Below, piece by piece: positions 15,738 through 24,380 of a stretch of 64,000 bases of DNA (positions are counted from its first letter, which is position 1; each line of letters begins with the position of its first letter). Under the pieces are notes generated by a model, which saw only the letters and a list, made by a program, of their open reading frames with translations, searched no databases and was not told the DNA's origin. The DNA is from a virus, in IMG/VR virus record IMGVR_UViG_3300045988_139374, positions 1 to 64,000 of that record. One strand, written 5' to 3'. The position numbers and the translations under genes are program-made.

Positions 15738-16715
15738 ATGGCTAATCCTTTTCCTATTCTAACTAGCAAACCTAGTAAATCTGATAAATATATTTATCTA
15801 TATAATAATGCATCTAGAGGCGGTAAATCTAGATGCATTTCTGGTAAGCCTACTGACTCTACTTGCAATGTCCTTTGCAATTGTGTTGGTTGGGCTTGTG
15901 CAAGATTCAATCATATCTATAATCTACTTACTGGATATAATGGAATTAAATATCCTAATTTTTGTGTCAATGCTGAAAACTTTATTGAAATTGCTAAGCA
16001 ATACGGTCTATCTACTGGACTAACTCCTAAGCCTGGTGCTATTATGGTTTGGCAAAAAGGTGCTACACTTGGTAAAGCAGATGGTGCAGGACATGTTGCT
16101 GTAGTGGAGCAAGTAATATCTTCTACCCGAGTTAAAACTTCTGAATCTGGTTATAATTCTTTTGCTTTTAGAAACAGAATTAGAACTAAGGGTGCAGATG
16201 GTAACTGGGGTACCGCAGGTAGATATCATTTCAGAGGATTTATCTATAATCCAGCAATAAAGGAAACCATTACAGAATCTACAAATAAAACAACCATTGT
16301 AGCTGCTATAGCTAGAAATACTAAAGTAAATCAGATCCAAGTTCTTACAAAGAATCTAAGAGTTCGTGATGATTCTGGAAAAATACTTGGATTTGCAAAG
16401 GAAGGCTACTATAATTATAGTACCCATGAAAACTTTGGTGGATACGAAAGATATAAGATTGGTACTAATAATTGGATAGCATATGATGCTAAATGGGCTA
16501 AAATCCTTCCTGCTGATTCTACTATTACTATTGGATGCCAAGTAAAAGTTGCTAAGAATGCTCCTATTTATGGAACTTCTAAGTCTTTTGCATCTTGGGT
16601 ATATAGTACTAAACTATATACAAGATCTATTAATGGAAATAAAGTAGGTATTTCTACTAATAAAGATGGTGCATTAACTGGATATGTAGATAAGAAATAT
16701 CTAACAAAAGTCTAA
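15738..16715 (+). CDS. endolysin: Cys/His peptidoglycan hydrolase (CHAP/NlpC-P60-like) with two C-terminal SH3b-like domains
   Basis: catalytic-type Cys (CNCVGWACARF) and His (GAGHVAVVEQV); C-terminal repeats typical of cell-wall binding domains. Confidence 0.8.
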   Translation: MANPFPILTSKPSKSDKYIYLYNNASRGGKSRCISGKPTDSTCNVLCNCVGWACARFNHIYNLLTGYNGIKYPNFCVNAENFIEIAKQYGLSTGLTPKPGAIMVWQKGATLGKADGAGHVAVVEQVISSTRVKTSESGYNSFAFRNRIRTKGADGNWGTAGRYHFRGFIYNPAIKETITESTNKTTIVAAIARNTKVNQIQVLTKNLRVRDDSGKILGFAKEGYYNYSTHENFGGYERYKIGTNNWIAYDAKWAKILPADSTITIGCQVKVAKNAPIYGTSKSFASWVYSTKLYTRSINGNKVGISTNKDGALTGYVDKKYLTKV

Positions 16716-16727
16716 AATCATATATTT

Positions 16728-16761
16728 AGAGGTAGGGAATCGCTTCCCTACCTCTTTTTTA
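16728..16761 (+). terminator. intrinsic terminator (AGAGGTAGGGAA / TTCCCTACCTCT plus T6)
   Basis: 12-bp GC-rich stem plus T-tract. Confidence 0.9.
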
Positions 16762-16933
16762 TCATTTTACCACTATTTTTGGCCAAGTAAACTTTTTTTC
16801 AGATAGATATTTTAAAATTGTATTAATTTTAAAAATTGTTTAAATTAATCTAAAATAATCTTAATTATATTCACTATTCTTAAAGATATTTTATATCAAA
16901 TATACTAGTCTTAAAGAAACAATATTTGGATTC

Positions 16934-17000
16934 TTGAATATACAATTATAAAATAACTACGGGGGAATTTATAAGGTTTTCACTTTTATGAAAACCTTAT
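16934..17000 (+). promoter_or_regulatory. variant promoter box TTGAATATACAATTATAAAATAACT plus 5' stem-loop 16971-17000
   Basis: aligns to the consensus with a 1-nt insertion; 11-bp hairpin ATAAGGTTTTC/GAAAACCTTAT just before the SD. Confidence 0.45.
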
Positions 17001-17022
17001 AATAATCAAGGAGGAGTGAATT

Positions 17023-17547
17023 ATGAAAAATAGATTATATGATATGCAATCTAGACCATTAAATTTTTCATTAAGAGTTAAATCTTCTAATTGCGAATAT
17101 GAAGACATTAAATATGCTCTATTAGATATAAAGAAAGCTATTGAATATTTTAGTGATATTAAATATAATGAAAATAAATCAAGAGACAAAGATCTTATTT
17201 CAATTAACAACATTGATTTTGGAATTTGCTATATTATGAATACTATTATTATTGCAATTAAACAAAATAATGTAGCTGAACTTACTGTAATTTACTACAT
17301 GATTTCCTTAATGGATTTTAGCAAATATAATACACATACTAGATTTACTAAATACTTTAATAAAGTTATAAAAGCATTATTAAAAATGGCAAGAAAAAAT
17401 GAAAATAATAATTTCAATGAATCAACATGGTATAAAATTATAGAAAAGCATTATTTTAAAATGCTATATTATCTGTATTCTAATGCATATCATTGCAGGT
17501 ATTTTGATACTTGGATAAGGGAATTAAATCATATGCTATACTATTAA
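17023..17547 (+). CDS. hypothetical protein, 174 aa, paralog of the 17638 product
   Basis: AAGGAGG SD; shared motifs IDFGICYIMNTI / IDEGICSMIYEI and HYFKMLYYLYSNAYH / QYYHLMYYAYSDIHS. Confidence 0.8.
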   Translation: MKNRLYDMQSRPLNFSLRVKSSNCEYEDIKYALLDIKKAIEYFSDIKYNENKSRDKDLISINNIDFGICYIMNTIIIAIKQNNVAELTVIYYMISLMDFSKYNTHTRFTKYFNKVIKALLKMARKNENNNFNESTWYKIIEKHYFKMLYYLYSNAYHCRYFDTWIRELNHMLYY

Positions 17548-17550
17548 AAA

Positions 17551-17585
17551 ATAGGATAGAGTTACATACTCTATCCTATATATTT
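17551..17585 (+). terminator. stem-loop, probable terminator (ATAGGATAGAG / CTCTATCCTAT)
   Basis: 11-bp stem; weak T-tail. Confidence 0.55.
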
Positions 17586-17637
17586 TGGTAAGTTCAACCC
17601 TATAATAAATGATTAAATAGATAAGGAGATAACTAAA

Positions 17638-18222
17638 ATGGATGATATAACAATAAAACATCTTCTATCTAGAAGATTTGAATATAGTTCAAATAGAGAT
17701 ACAGAATTTAGTCATAGAATTAAATCAGATCATTGGTTTAATTCTATTGATGATTGTGTATCGTATCTTCATTCTATTGTACATGATAATCCATACATTC
17801 ATGGATCTATAGGATTTAATTCTTATAAACAAGCTCCTGTATTTGGAATTAATATCATTGATGAAGGAATATGCTCAATGATATATGAGATATTTCAATT
17901 CAGATATAAGAAAGATAATGATGAATTAAATCGTTCAGAGACTTTATTAAAGAATCTAGTGGATGATATAAATCATCAATATGATAAACTCAAAGAGCAA
18001 AATCATCTAAGTAATAATTTTTTTGTTATATCTGCTCTTCTAGATATTGTTATGAGCGTGCATGATATTTGTATTCCTATAGAAGAATATCATGAAGAAG
18101 CTATATTCGAATTACTATCTGAACAATATTATCATCTCATGTATTATGCATATTCAGATATACATTCTGAAGATATGTATTACTGCAATAAGATGAAACG
18201 TAGATATTCTGAATATTTGTAA
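17638..18222 (+). CDS. hypothetical protein, 194 aa, paralog of the 17023 product
   Basis: AAGGAG SD; see 17023. Confidence 0.8.
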   Translation: MDDITIKHLLSRRFEYSSNRDTEFSHRIKSDHWFNSIDDCVSYLHSIVHDNPYIHGSIGFNSYKQAPVFGINIIDEGICSMIYEIFQFRYKKDNDELNRSETLLKNLVDDINHQYDKLKEQNHLSNNFFVISALLDIVMSVHDICIPIEEYHEEAIFELLSEQYYHLMYYAYSDIHSEDMYYCNKMKRRYSEYL

Positions 18223-18236
18223 AGGAGAGATTATAT

Positions 18237-20030
18237 ATGAATGATAATATAAATATTATTGGAGAATATGGATATATTGATACCTCATATGATCCTCTTG
18301 ATAAATTCTTTGAAAGTATAGATAATAGTCCTGAATGGTTAGCCCTTGATGAAGTATCTTATCAACAAAGAGCAGAAAATGCTGTTCTTCAACTTGAGAT
18401 CATGGATATTCCTCTATATATTAAACAGAATGAGCTTCAAGAAATTACTAATCCTACTTTCTTTTCTCCTTCTGGAGCTCCTACATCTGATGGCCTACTT
18501 TCTAATGAAATCTTTGGATTTACACAGAAAGAAAGATCTGGTATTTATGCATATATTGATCTAGGAGAATGGTTTATTGATCCTTCTTGCTGGAAAACTC
18601 TTACTAAACTAGATTCTAAATTTAAGGGAATTGTAAATGGTATTAACCATTTTATCATTTCTCCTGATGGAGATCTAGTAGAAGATCCTACTGGAGAAAC
18701 CGGTATTAAATGGCTTAAAGCTAATTTTAAGAAAATTAAATTTAAGTCTACAAAGTCACGTACTAGAGATATGCGTATCAAATATATTATGCATAACTTC
18801 GAAAAAGGAAGAATGTTTATTAATAAATATATTGTCATTCCTCCTTACTATCGTGACGTAAATACTACCGGTAAGCATACAGGTGTTGGTCAGATTAATA
18901 CTTTCTATGTTAATCTTATTACAGCATCTAGAGCATTAAAAGAAAATGCTGACTATGGACTTTCTATGGCAGATACTACTTGCTATAGAATTCAGAATAC
19001 ACTAAAAGCTATTTATGACTGGTTCTGTGGAAACTCTAATAGTGATATTAAAGATAAAGGATCTGGATTAGGAGGAAAATTTGGTCTTATTAGATCTAAT
19101 ATGGGATACACTTCTGACTATTCTTCTCGTCTAGTTCTATCTGCACCTAATCTGAATACCAATAGTGTAAATGATCTAATGGTAAACCTAGATAAATCTG
19201 CTATTCCTCTAGCAGCAGTTGCTGCAGACTTTTATCCTTTCATGATGTTCCATCTAAGAAAATTCTTTGAAAACGAATTTCAAAATGTTACTTCTTATGA
19301 GGGAATTAATGTTCAAGGAAATCCTATTCATCTAGAACTTGCTGAAGATCCTATGGCATATTTTAATGATGATATGCTTAAAGATCATCTAAAGAAATTT
19401 GTATATGCTCATAATAACAGATTTATTCCTATTGAATTGCCTCTAAAAGATCCTAGTGTTGGAGAATATTATATGCAATTCAAAGGTGCTAGATGGAATA
19501 GTGCAACTAATGCTGCAATGAGTCCCGAACCTACTTTGCAGAGACCTCTTACTTGGGTTGATGTAATTTATATTTCTGCAAAAAGAGCAACTGAAGGAAA
19601 GCAGATTTCCTTTACTCGTTATCCTTATGATTCTTACTTTAATACAATTTATACTGGCATTGAAATTGCTACTACTAAGGAAACTGAAGAAATTATCCTA
19701 AATGGAGAATTGTATAAATTCTATCCGAAGATTAGATTGTCCGATATTAATCAACCTTCTGCTCAGAAGTTTATTGATACAATGCAGATCTCTAATTTGT
19801 ATCTAAATGGTATGGGCGCTGACTATGATGGCGATATGGGACAAGTCAAAGGATCTTTCTTTAAAGAAACGAATGATGAGCTTTCTAACTTTAGTAATTC
19901 TAAAGCTAATTTTATTAATATGGCATGTACAAATATTCGTGTATCTGAAAAGGAAGCTGTTCAATCTCTATTTAATATGACTCTAGTACTTAGAGATGAT
20001 AAAGATAAACTAACAGATCCTACCTATTAA
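18237..20030 (+). CDS. multisubunit RNA polymerase beta-prime subunit, N-terminal part (split gene)
   Basis: catalytic Mg-binding motif NGMGADYDGDMG, cf. the universal NADFDGD; size and motif position match jumbo-phage split beta-prime N fragments. Confidence 0.85.
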   Translation: MNDNINIIGEYGYIDTSYDPLDKFFESIDNSPEWLALDEVSYQQRAENAVLQLEIMDIPLYIKQNELQEITNPTFFSPSGAPTSDGLLSNEIFGFTQKERSGIYAYIDLGEWFIDPSCWKTLTKLDSKFKGIVNGINHFIISPDGDLVEDPTGETGIKWLKANFKKIKFKSTKSRTRDMRIKYIMHNFEKGRMFINKYIVIPPYYRDVNTTGKHTGVGQINTFYVNLITASRALKENADYGLSMADTTCYRIQNTLKAIYDWFCGNSNSDIKDKGSGLGGKFGLIRSNMGYTSDYSSRLVLSAPNLNTNSVNDLMVNLDKSAIPLAAVAADFYPFMMFHLRKFFENEFQNVTSYEGINVQGNPIHLELAEDPMAYFNDDMLKDHLKKFVYAHNNRFIPIELPLKDPSVGEYYMQFKGARWNSATNAAMSPEPTLQRPLTWVDVIYISAKRATEGKQISFTRYPYDSYFNTIYTGIEIATTKETEEIILNGELYKFYPKIRLSDINQPSAQKFIDTMQISNLYLNGMGADYDGDMGQVKGSFFKETNDELSNFSNSKANFINMACTNIRVSEKEAVQSLFNMTLVLRDDKDKLTDPTY

Positions 20031-20084
20031 AGTTTATATATACTGAAACTTATTATTACTAATAATAAATCCGATCAATAAATG

Positions 20085-20108
20085 TTATGATGATATATTA
20101 TAATAATG
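20085..20108 (+). promoter_or_regulatory. phage promoter box (GATGATATATTATAATAATG)
   Basis: close match to the consensus and to the 28104 copy. Confidence 0.6.
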
Positions 20109-20155
20109 AACCTGATTGGGTTTATATTTTTTCATCTAAAAAAGGAGATAATATT

Positions 20156-20938
20156 ATGGCACTCGGTGGAAACTACAATTCTCAGAATAATGGAAACAAT
20201 GGTCCCAACAATCCCACTTATTATTCTCGCCTGCGCATCAAGAACTATGAAAACCACACTATGCTGTCTTTCAATTATTGGAAAGGAACTTTGAAGATTA
20301 TTATCACTGAGCCTTCTGATAATAATAGTAACAGTCGTCCTAATGAACTTGCATCGATTTATATGTCTCCCACTAAAGCTCGCATTCTTGCAGAAGGCGT
20401 TGCACGTATCATTTCTTCTAGAGAAGATAAGGTATATGGTGTTGACACTGGTACTGGCAATATTAAGGGCTTTATTGCAATTGGTCGTTCTAAGGGTGAT
20501 CCGTTCCTCTTTATCGGTAAGGTAAATGCAGATGGTAAGTATGAATTGAATCAGACTTTCAATTTCAATATCAATAGCAATTTCTTGTTCGATGTTAAGG
20601 ATCTTGCAAATATTAAGTTCCAGAAGGAAGCTCTTGAGAATGTTGAACTTCAGGAGTTTATGGATCTTCTGAATGATTATGCAAGAGCAGCTTCTGGTGC
20701 AATTGCTGCTAGTGTGCATGATATTAACTTCTACGAAAATAACAGATTCACTGGTCTGGTTCGTAGTATTGCTAATAAAGTTGGTGCTGGTAACGGTGGT
20801 AACAATAATGGCGGTGGCAATAATCATTTCTTTGATAATGCCAACAGTGAATATTCTGAACCTTCTCATAATTCTCAGAATAATGCTCGTACTAATCGCT
20901 ATGAAAACATCGACGATCTCGAGGATGCACTGGAGTAA
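20156..20938 (+). CDS. probable single-stranded DNA-binding protein
   Basis: start MALGG with AAAGGAG SD. N/G-rich linker and acidic C-terminal tip (DDLEDALE). G/C-ending codon bias. No direct motif proof. Confidence 0.45.
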   Translation: MALGGNYNSQNNGNNGPNNPTYYSRLRIKNYENHTMLSFNYWKGTLKIIITEPSDNNSNSRPNELASIYMSPTKARILAEGVARIISSREDKVYGVDTGTGNIKGFIAIGRSKGDPFLFIGKVNADGKYELNQTFNFNINSNFLFDVKDLANIKFQKEALENVELQEFMDLLNDYARAASGAIAASVHDINFYENNRFTGLVRSIANKVGAGNGGNNNGGGNNHFFDNANSEYSEPSHNSQNNARTNRYENIDDLEDALE

Positions 20939-20944
20939 TTAATT

Positions 20945-21625
20945 ATGCCTGAAGGAAATAACAATCTAAACGGACATGTTGTAAATTCTGTAATAGATTT
21001 CAATATGATTGTCAATACTGACATTGGATTGATTAAATTCATTCAGGATAGTTATCAAGATAATAGGGTTTTTAAGTTAGAGGATATAAATAGGAGTGAT
21101 AGAGAGATTCTGTCACTCCTATATTCTCGTAAGAATCCAAATCCTTTGTCAGAATTTGTTAATGAAGAATTTATTGGAGAAATTGATTCTCTATATAAAT
21201 CTTTCTTTGATTCTTATAAGCAAGAAATTCTCGACCACTCTATTATTTTTAGCAATATTTACAAATTTGTAAGTATGGCTACTGCAAATGGTATTAATCT
21301 TGGTATTAATACAGCTATTGCAATTAGAGATGATCTAGAAGAAAAAGAATTAGATAAGCATTTTAATATTGCTAATTTTCTTAATAAAGATTCCGATAAA
21401 TCTTTAATTATAAGAAGAGAAGCATTTTACATAAATGATTATTTATTTTTTAATAAGAATAGAGAAAAGATTCTTCATAAAAAGATTTACATAACTCCTA
21501 TGCAATATAATTTAGATTTCCTTGAACAGGATAAATCTAAATTTGTTACCCAAAATCAATTTATTTTCTTTGGAGAAGATTTTAAACCAAAAGGAGAAAA
21601 CAATGATGGCACCGAGCAATCTTAA
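20945..21625 (+). CDS. hypothetical protein, 226 aa
   Basis: ORF with GGAG SD. Confidence 0.8.
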   Translation: MPEGNNNLNGHVVNSVIDFNMIVNTDIGLIKFIQDSYQDNRVFKLEDINRSDREILSLLYSRKNPNPLSEFVNEEFIGEIDSLYKSFFDSYKQEILDHSIIFSNIYKFVSMATANGINLGINTAIAIRDDLEEKELDKHFNIANFLNKDSDKSLIIRREAFYINDYLFFNKNREKILHKKIYITPMQYNLDFLEQDKSKFVTQNQFIFFGEDFKPKGENNDGTEQS

Positions 21626-23438
21626 CCGTGTTACATTTGATAGTGTGAATAATGTTGTTAAGGGTGAAAGACTTCGTGAAGTTCAGAAGAAGGTTCTTTC
21701 TGATCTTGCAGAAGCTATTATTCCTTCTATGGGCCCTGCAGGTTCTAACTCTCTTGTTATCAAGGGTAGCTCTGAAGCAGATATTGTTGCAGAGTACACT
21801 AAGGATGGTAATAAGATCATTAAGAGTGTAAAGTATCAAGAGCCTATTGAAATGGCTATTAAGTCTGAAATTGAAAATGCTACTCGACATATTGAAAAGG
21901 TAGTTGGAGATGGTACTTCTTCTGTTGTTGTGATGGCTCATAATATTTTCGATGGTCTTTGCACTGCTGATGAAGAAGGTAAGCTTCCTTCTAATCCTTA
22001 TGAGACTATTAGAGTCTTTAAGGATGTTGTAGCAAAGCTGTCTGAGAAGATTCGCAAAAAGGGTCATGAGTGCACTCTAGAAGATATCTACAATATTGCA
22101 TATATTTCTACAAATGGTAATGAATATATTGCAGATACTCTTAAAGACATCTATGCTCAGTATGGAATGAATGTTTTCATTGATGTTTCTGCATCTACTA
22201 ATGAAAATACTTATATTAAGAGCTATGATGGCGTAACTATCGAGTCTGGTTACTCAGATCCTGCAATGATTAATAATCTGGATAGACATTCTTGTATCAT
22301 TCATTCTCTTAAGGATTCTCCTATTCGCATTTATCATTTTGCAGAAGCTATTGATACTCCTGAACAGCTTGCTATGTTCCAGAAGATTATTGAGACCAAT
22401 GTAGTTGATAAGTATTCTCGTAGAATGCAGGCTATTCCTACTGTTATTTTCGTTCCTCAGATTAGTCGTGATGCTCAGGCTTATATGCGTAGAATCACTC
22501 AGATGCTTCTTCAGTTCCCTGAGTCTGCATATTCTCAGAAGCCTCAGCTTTTGATTGTTACCAATTATATTGGTCTCAATGAGAATTATATTGATTATAT
22601 TTCTCAGCTCTGTGGCTGTACTCCTATTAAGAAATATATCGATGAAAAGATTCATAAGCAGGATCAGGAGAATGGACTTGCTCCTACTCTAGATAATGTA
22701 TGTGATAATTTCTTTGGAAGTGCAACTGAAGTAGAAGCAGATGAATCTCGCACTAGAGTCATTGATCCTGCTCTTATGTACAAGAAGGATTCTGATGGCA
22801 ATATTGTACTTGATGAAAATGAAAAACCTATTCTGAGTGATACTTATAATAGCATCGTGAATTTTATTCAGGCTCAGTATAACAGTGCAGCTTCTCAGGG
22901 TGGTAATGCTGGTACTCTTGGCTCTCTTAAGAGACAGCTTAATGCTATTCGCTGTAATATGATTGAAATCTTTGTCGGTGGTATTTCAATTTCTGATAGA
23001 GATTCTCTTCGTGACCTTGTTGAAGATGCAGTTCTAAACTGCAGATCTGCAGCTAAGAATGGTGTTGGATTCGGTGCCAATGCTATGGGCTATAATGCTC
23101 TTAACGATGCTGTTATCGATAGTTCCTATAGCAATTCTGATATTGAAACTAAAGAGTGTGCAGATGCAATTATCAATATTCTGTATGATGCTTATAATGA
23201 AACTATTAAGCACTTGTATCAGACTAAATATGATAGTAGTAGTGTTATTAGCATCCTTGCAAATATGTGTGAAAATGGTATTCCTTACAATATGAATACT
23301 AATAAATATGATAATAAGGTTCTTACGTCTATTGAGTCTGAACCTATGATTCTTGACACTATTGCCAAGATTATCACTATCATGTTTACTGCAAATCAGG
23401 CAATTCTTCAGACTCCTTCTCTGGCAATGCATTATTGA
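21603..23438 (+). CDS. GroEL-like (Cpn60 family) chaperonin
   Basis: GPAGSN...TKDGN...VVGDGTSSVVV aligns with GroEL GPKGRN...TKDGV...AGDGTTTATV; start at MMAPSNL with AAAGGAG SD. Confidence 0.8.
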   Translation: MMAPSNLNRVTFDSVNNVVKGERLREVQKKVLSDLAEAIIPSMGPAGSNSLVIKGSSEADIVAEYTKDGNKIIKSVKYQEPIEMAIKSEIENATRHIEKVVGDGTSSVVVMAHNIFDGLCTADEEGKLPSNPYETIRVFKDVVAKLSEKIRKKGHECTLEDIYNIAYISTNGNEYIADTLKDIYAQYGMNVFIDVSASTNENTYIKSYDGVTIESGYSDPAMINNLDRHSCIIHSLKDSPIRIYHFAEAIDTPEQLAMFQKIIETNVVDKYSRRMQAIPTVIFVPQISRDAQAYMRRITQMLLQFPESAYSQKPQLLIVTNYIGLNENYIDYISQLCGCTPIKKYIDEKIHKQDQENGLAPTLDNVCDNFFGSATEVEADESRTRVIDPALMYKKDSDGNIVLDENEKPILSDTYNSIVNFIQAQYNSAASQGGNAGTLGSLKRQLNAIRCNMIEIFVGGISISDRDSLRDLVEDAVLNCRSAAKNGVGFGANAMGYNALNDAVIDSSYSNSDIETKECADAIINILYDAYNETIKHLYQTKYDSSSVISILANMCENGIPYNMNTNKYDNKVLTSIESEPMILDTIAKIITIMFTANQAILQTPSLAMHY

Positions 23439-23447
23439 TAATTAAAT

Positions 23448-23479
23448 CATGGGGGAAGAGATAAAACTCTTTCCCCATG
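23448..23479 (+). promoter_or_regulatory. 13-bp stem-loop (CATGGGGGAAGAG / CTCTTCCCCATG) without a U-tract
   Basis: perfect hairpin between the chaperonin stop and the next SD. Confidence 0.5.
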
Positions 23480-23504
23480 AGTGTTATTATGTGGAGGTGA
23501 TAAT

Positions 23505-24302
23505 GTGACATATGACCAATACATAAAGAATCCTATGGGTGGATCTGTTGTTACGAATAGACAAGTACTCATGGATATGTATCGTCAAAAATGGAATAAT
23601 ATTCTAGTTAGAGAAAATGGACAAATTAATTATAGCATTTATAAAGGTGCTAATGATTTTTATGTTCATCTAAAGATTCCTTCTGAAGTTGTACCAAAAT
23701 TTTATTACGATACAATAGCTCGATTCTACATTGATAAGCATAAAACAGCTGGAACTTTGCCTGCTAACCTTAATACATATGAAGTTCAATTTTACTCTAA
23801 TGATCCTAGTTTCGTATATACATTTACTCATGCATTTGTCAAGAATAAAATGTTTATTAAAGACCTAGAATCTAAGATGGTAAAAGCAGCTATTGAAAAG
23901 AAGGCTGTAGAAAAGAACCCTAGAGATGAAATTGGATATGTAAAATCTTTAGTATTTATGTATTTTGCAATTAAGCAATTTAATCTTTTTCAGAAATCTC
24001 AATATGATATCAAGGCACATCCTTATTCTAAGGACGTATGGAAATCTGTAGAACATGCTGAAGATAAAATTAGAGAGCGTCAAGAAAAAGGTAATGCTAT
24101 TGCAAAAGAAGAACACAAGAGAGAACACATTAGACAATCTCAAAATAAAACCAGAGTAACCAATCCTATTGCAAAAGCTTTTTCTAGTCCAAACAAGAAA
24201 AATTTCGGTCATTTTAAGAAGACTGATTATAACAAAGGATTCAACAAGATTAAAAATGGGCCTCTTAAGTTTGTTGAATCTATTAAAAAGCCTTCTAAAT
24301 AA
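23505..24302 (+). CDS. hypothetical protein with a basic C-terminus (GTG start)
   Basis: GGAGGTG SD 5 nt before the GTG at 23505; the track start at 23481 lies within or adjacent to the hairpin. Confidence 0.65.
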   Translation: MTYDQYIKNPMGGSVVTNRQVLMDMYRQKWNNILVRENGQINYSIYKGANDFYVHLKIPSEVVPKFYYDTIARFYIDKHKTAGTLPANLNTYEVQFYSNDPSFVYTFTHAFVKNKMFIKDLESKMVKAAIEKKAVEKNPRDEIGYVKSLVFMYFAIKQFNLFQKSQYDIKAHPYSKDVWKSVEHAEDKIRERQEKGNAIAKEEHKREHIRQSQNKTRVTNPIAKAFSSPNKKNFGHFKKTDYNKGFNKIKNGPLKFVESIKKPSK

Positions 24303-24304
24303 TG

Positions 24305-24354
24305 GAACGAAAAGATATTATAAATTTGAATAGATACATAAGACTTCTGTTCAA
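24305..24354 (+). promoter_or_regulatory. phage promoter box (AAAGATATTATAAATTTG) plus 5' stem-loop 24326-24354
   Basis: core box match; 9-bp hairpin starting at the terminal TTG. Confidence 0.6.
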
Positions 24355-24380
24355 ATATGTTTTTCAAGGGAGAATTAAAA

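Noticed and set aside
23448-23479. Perfect 13-bp hairpin after the chaperonin gene as an intrinsic terminator
   Set aside because: No U-tract follows; the sequence runs straight into the SD of the next gene. It is more likely a processing or stability element or a pause site.
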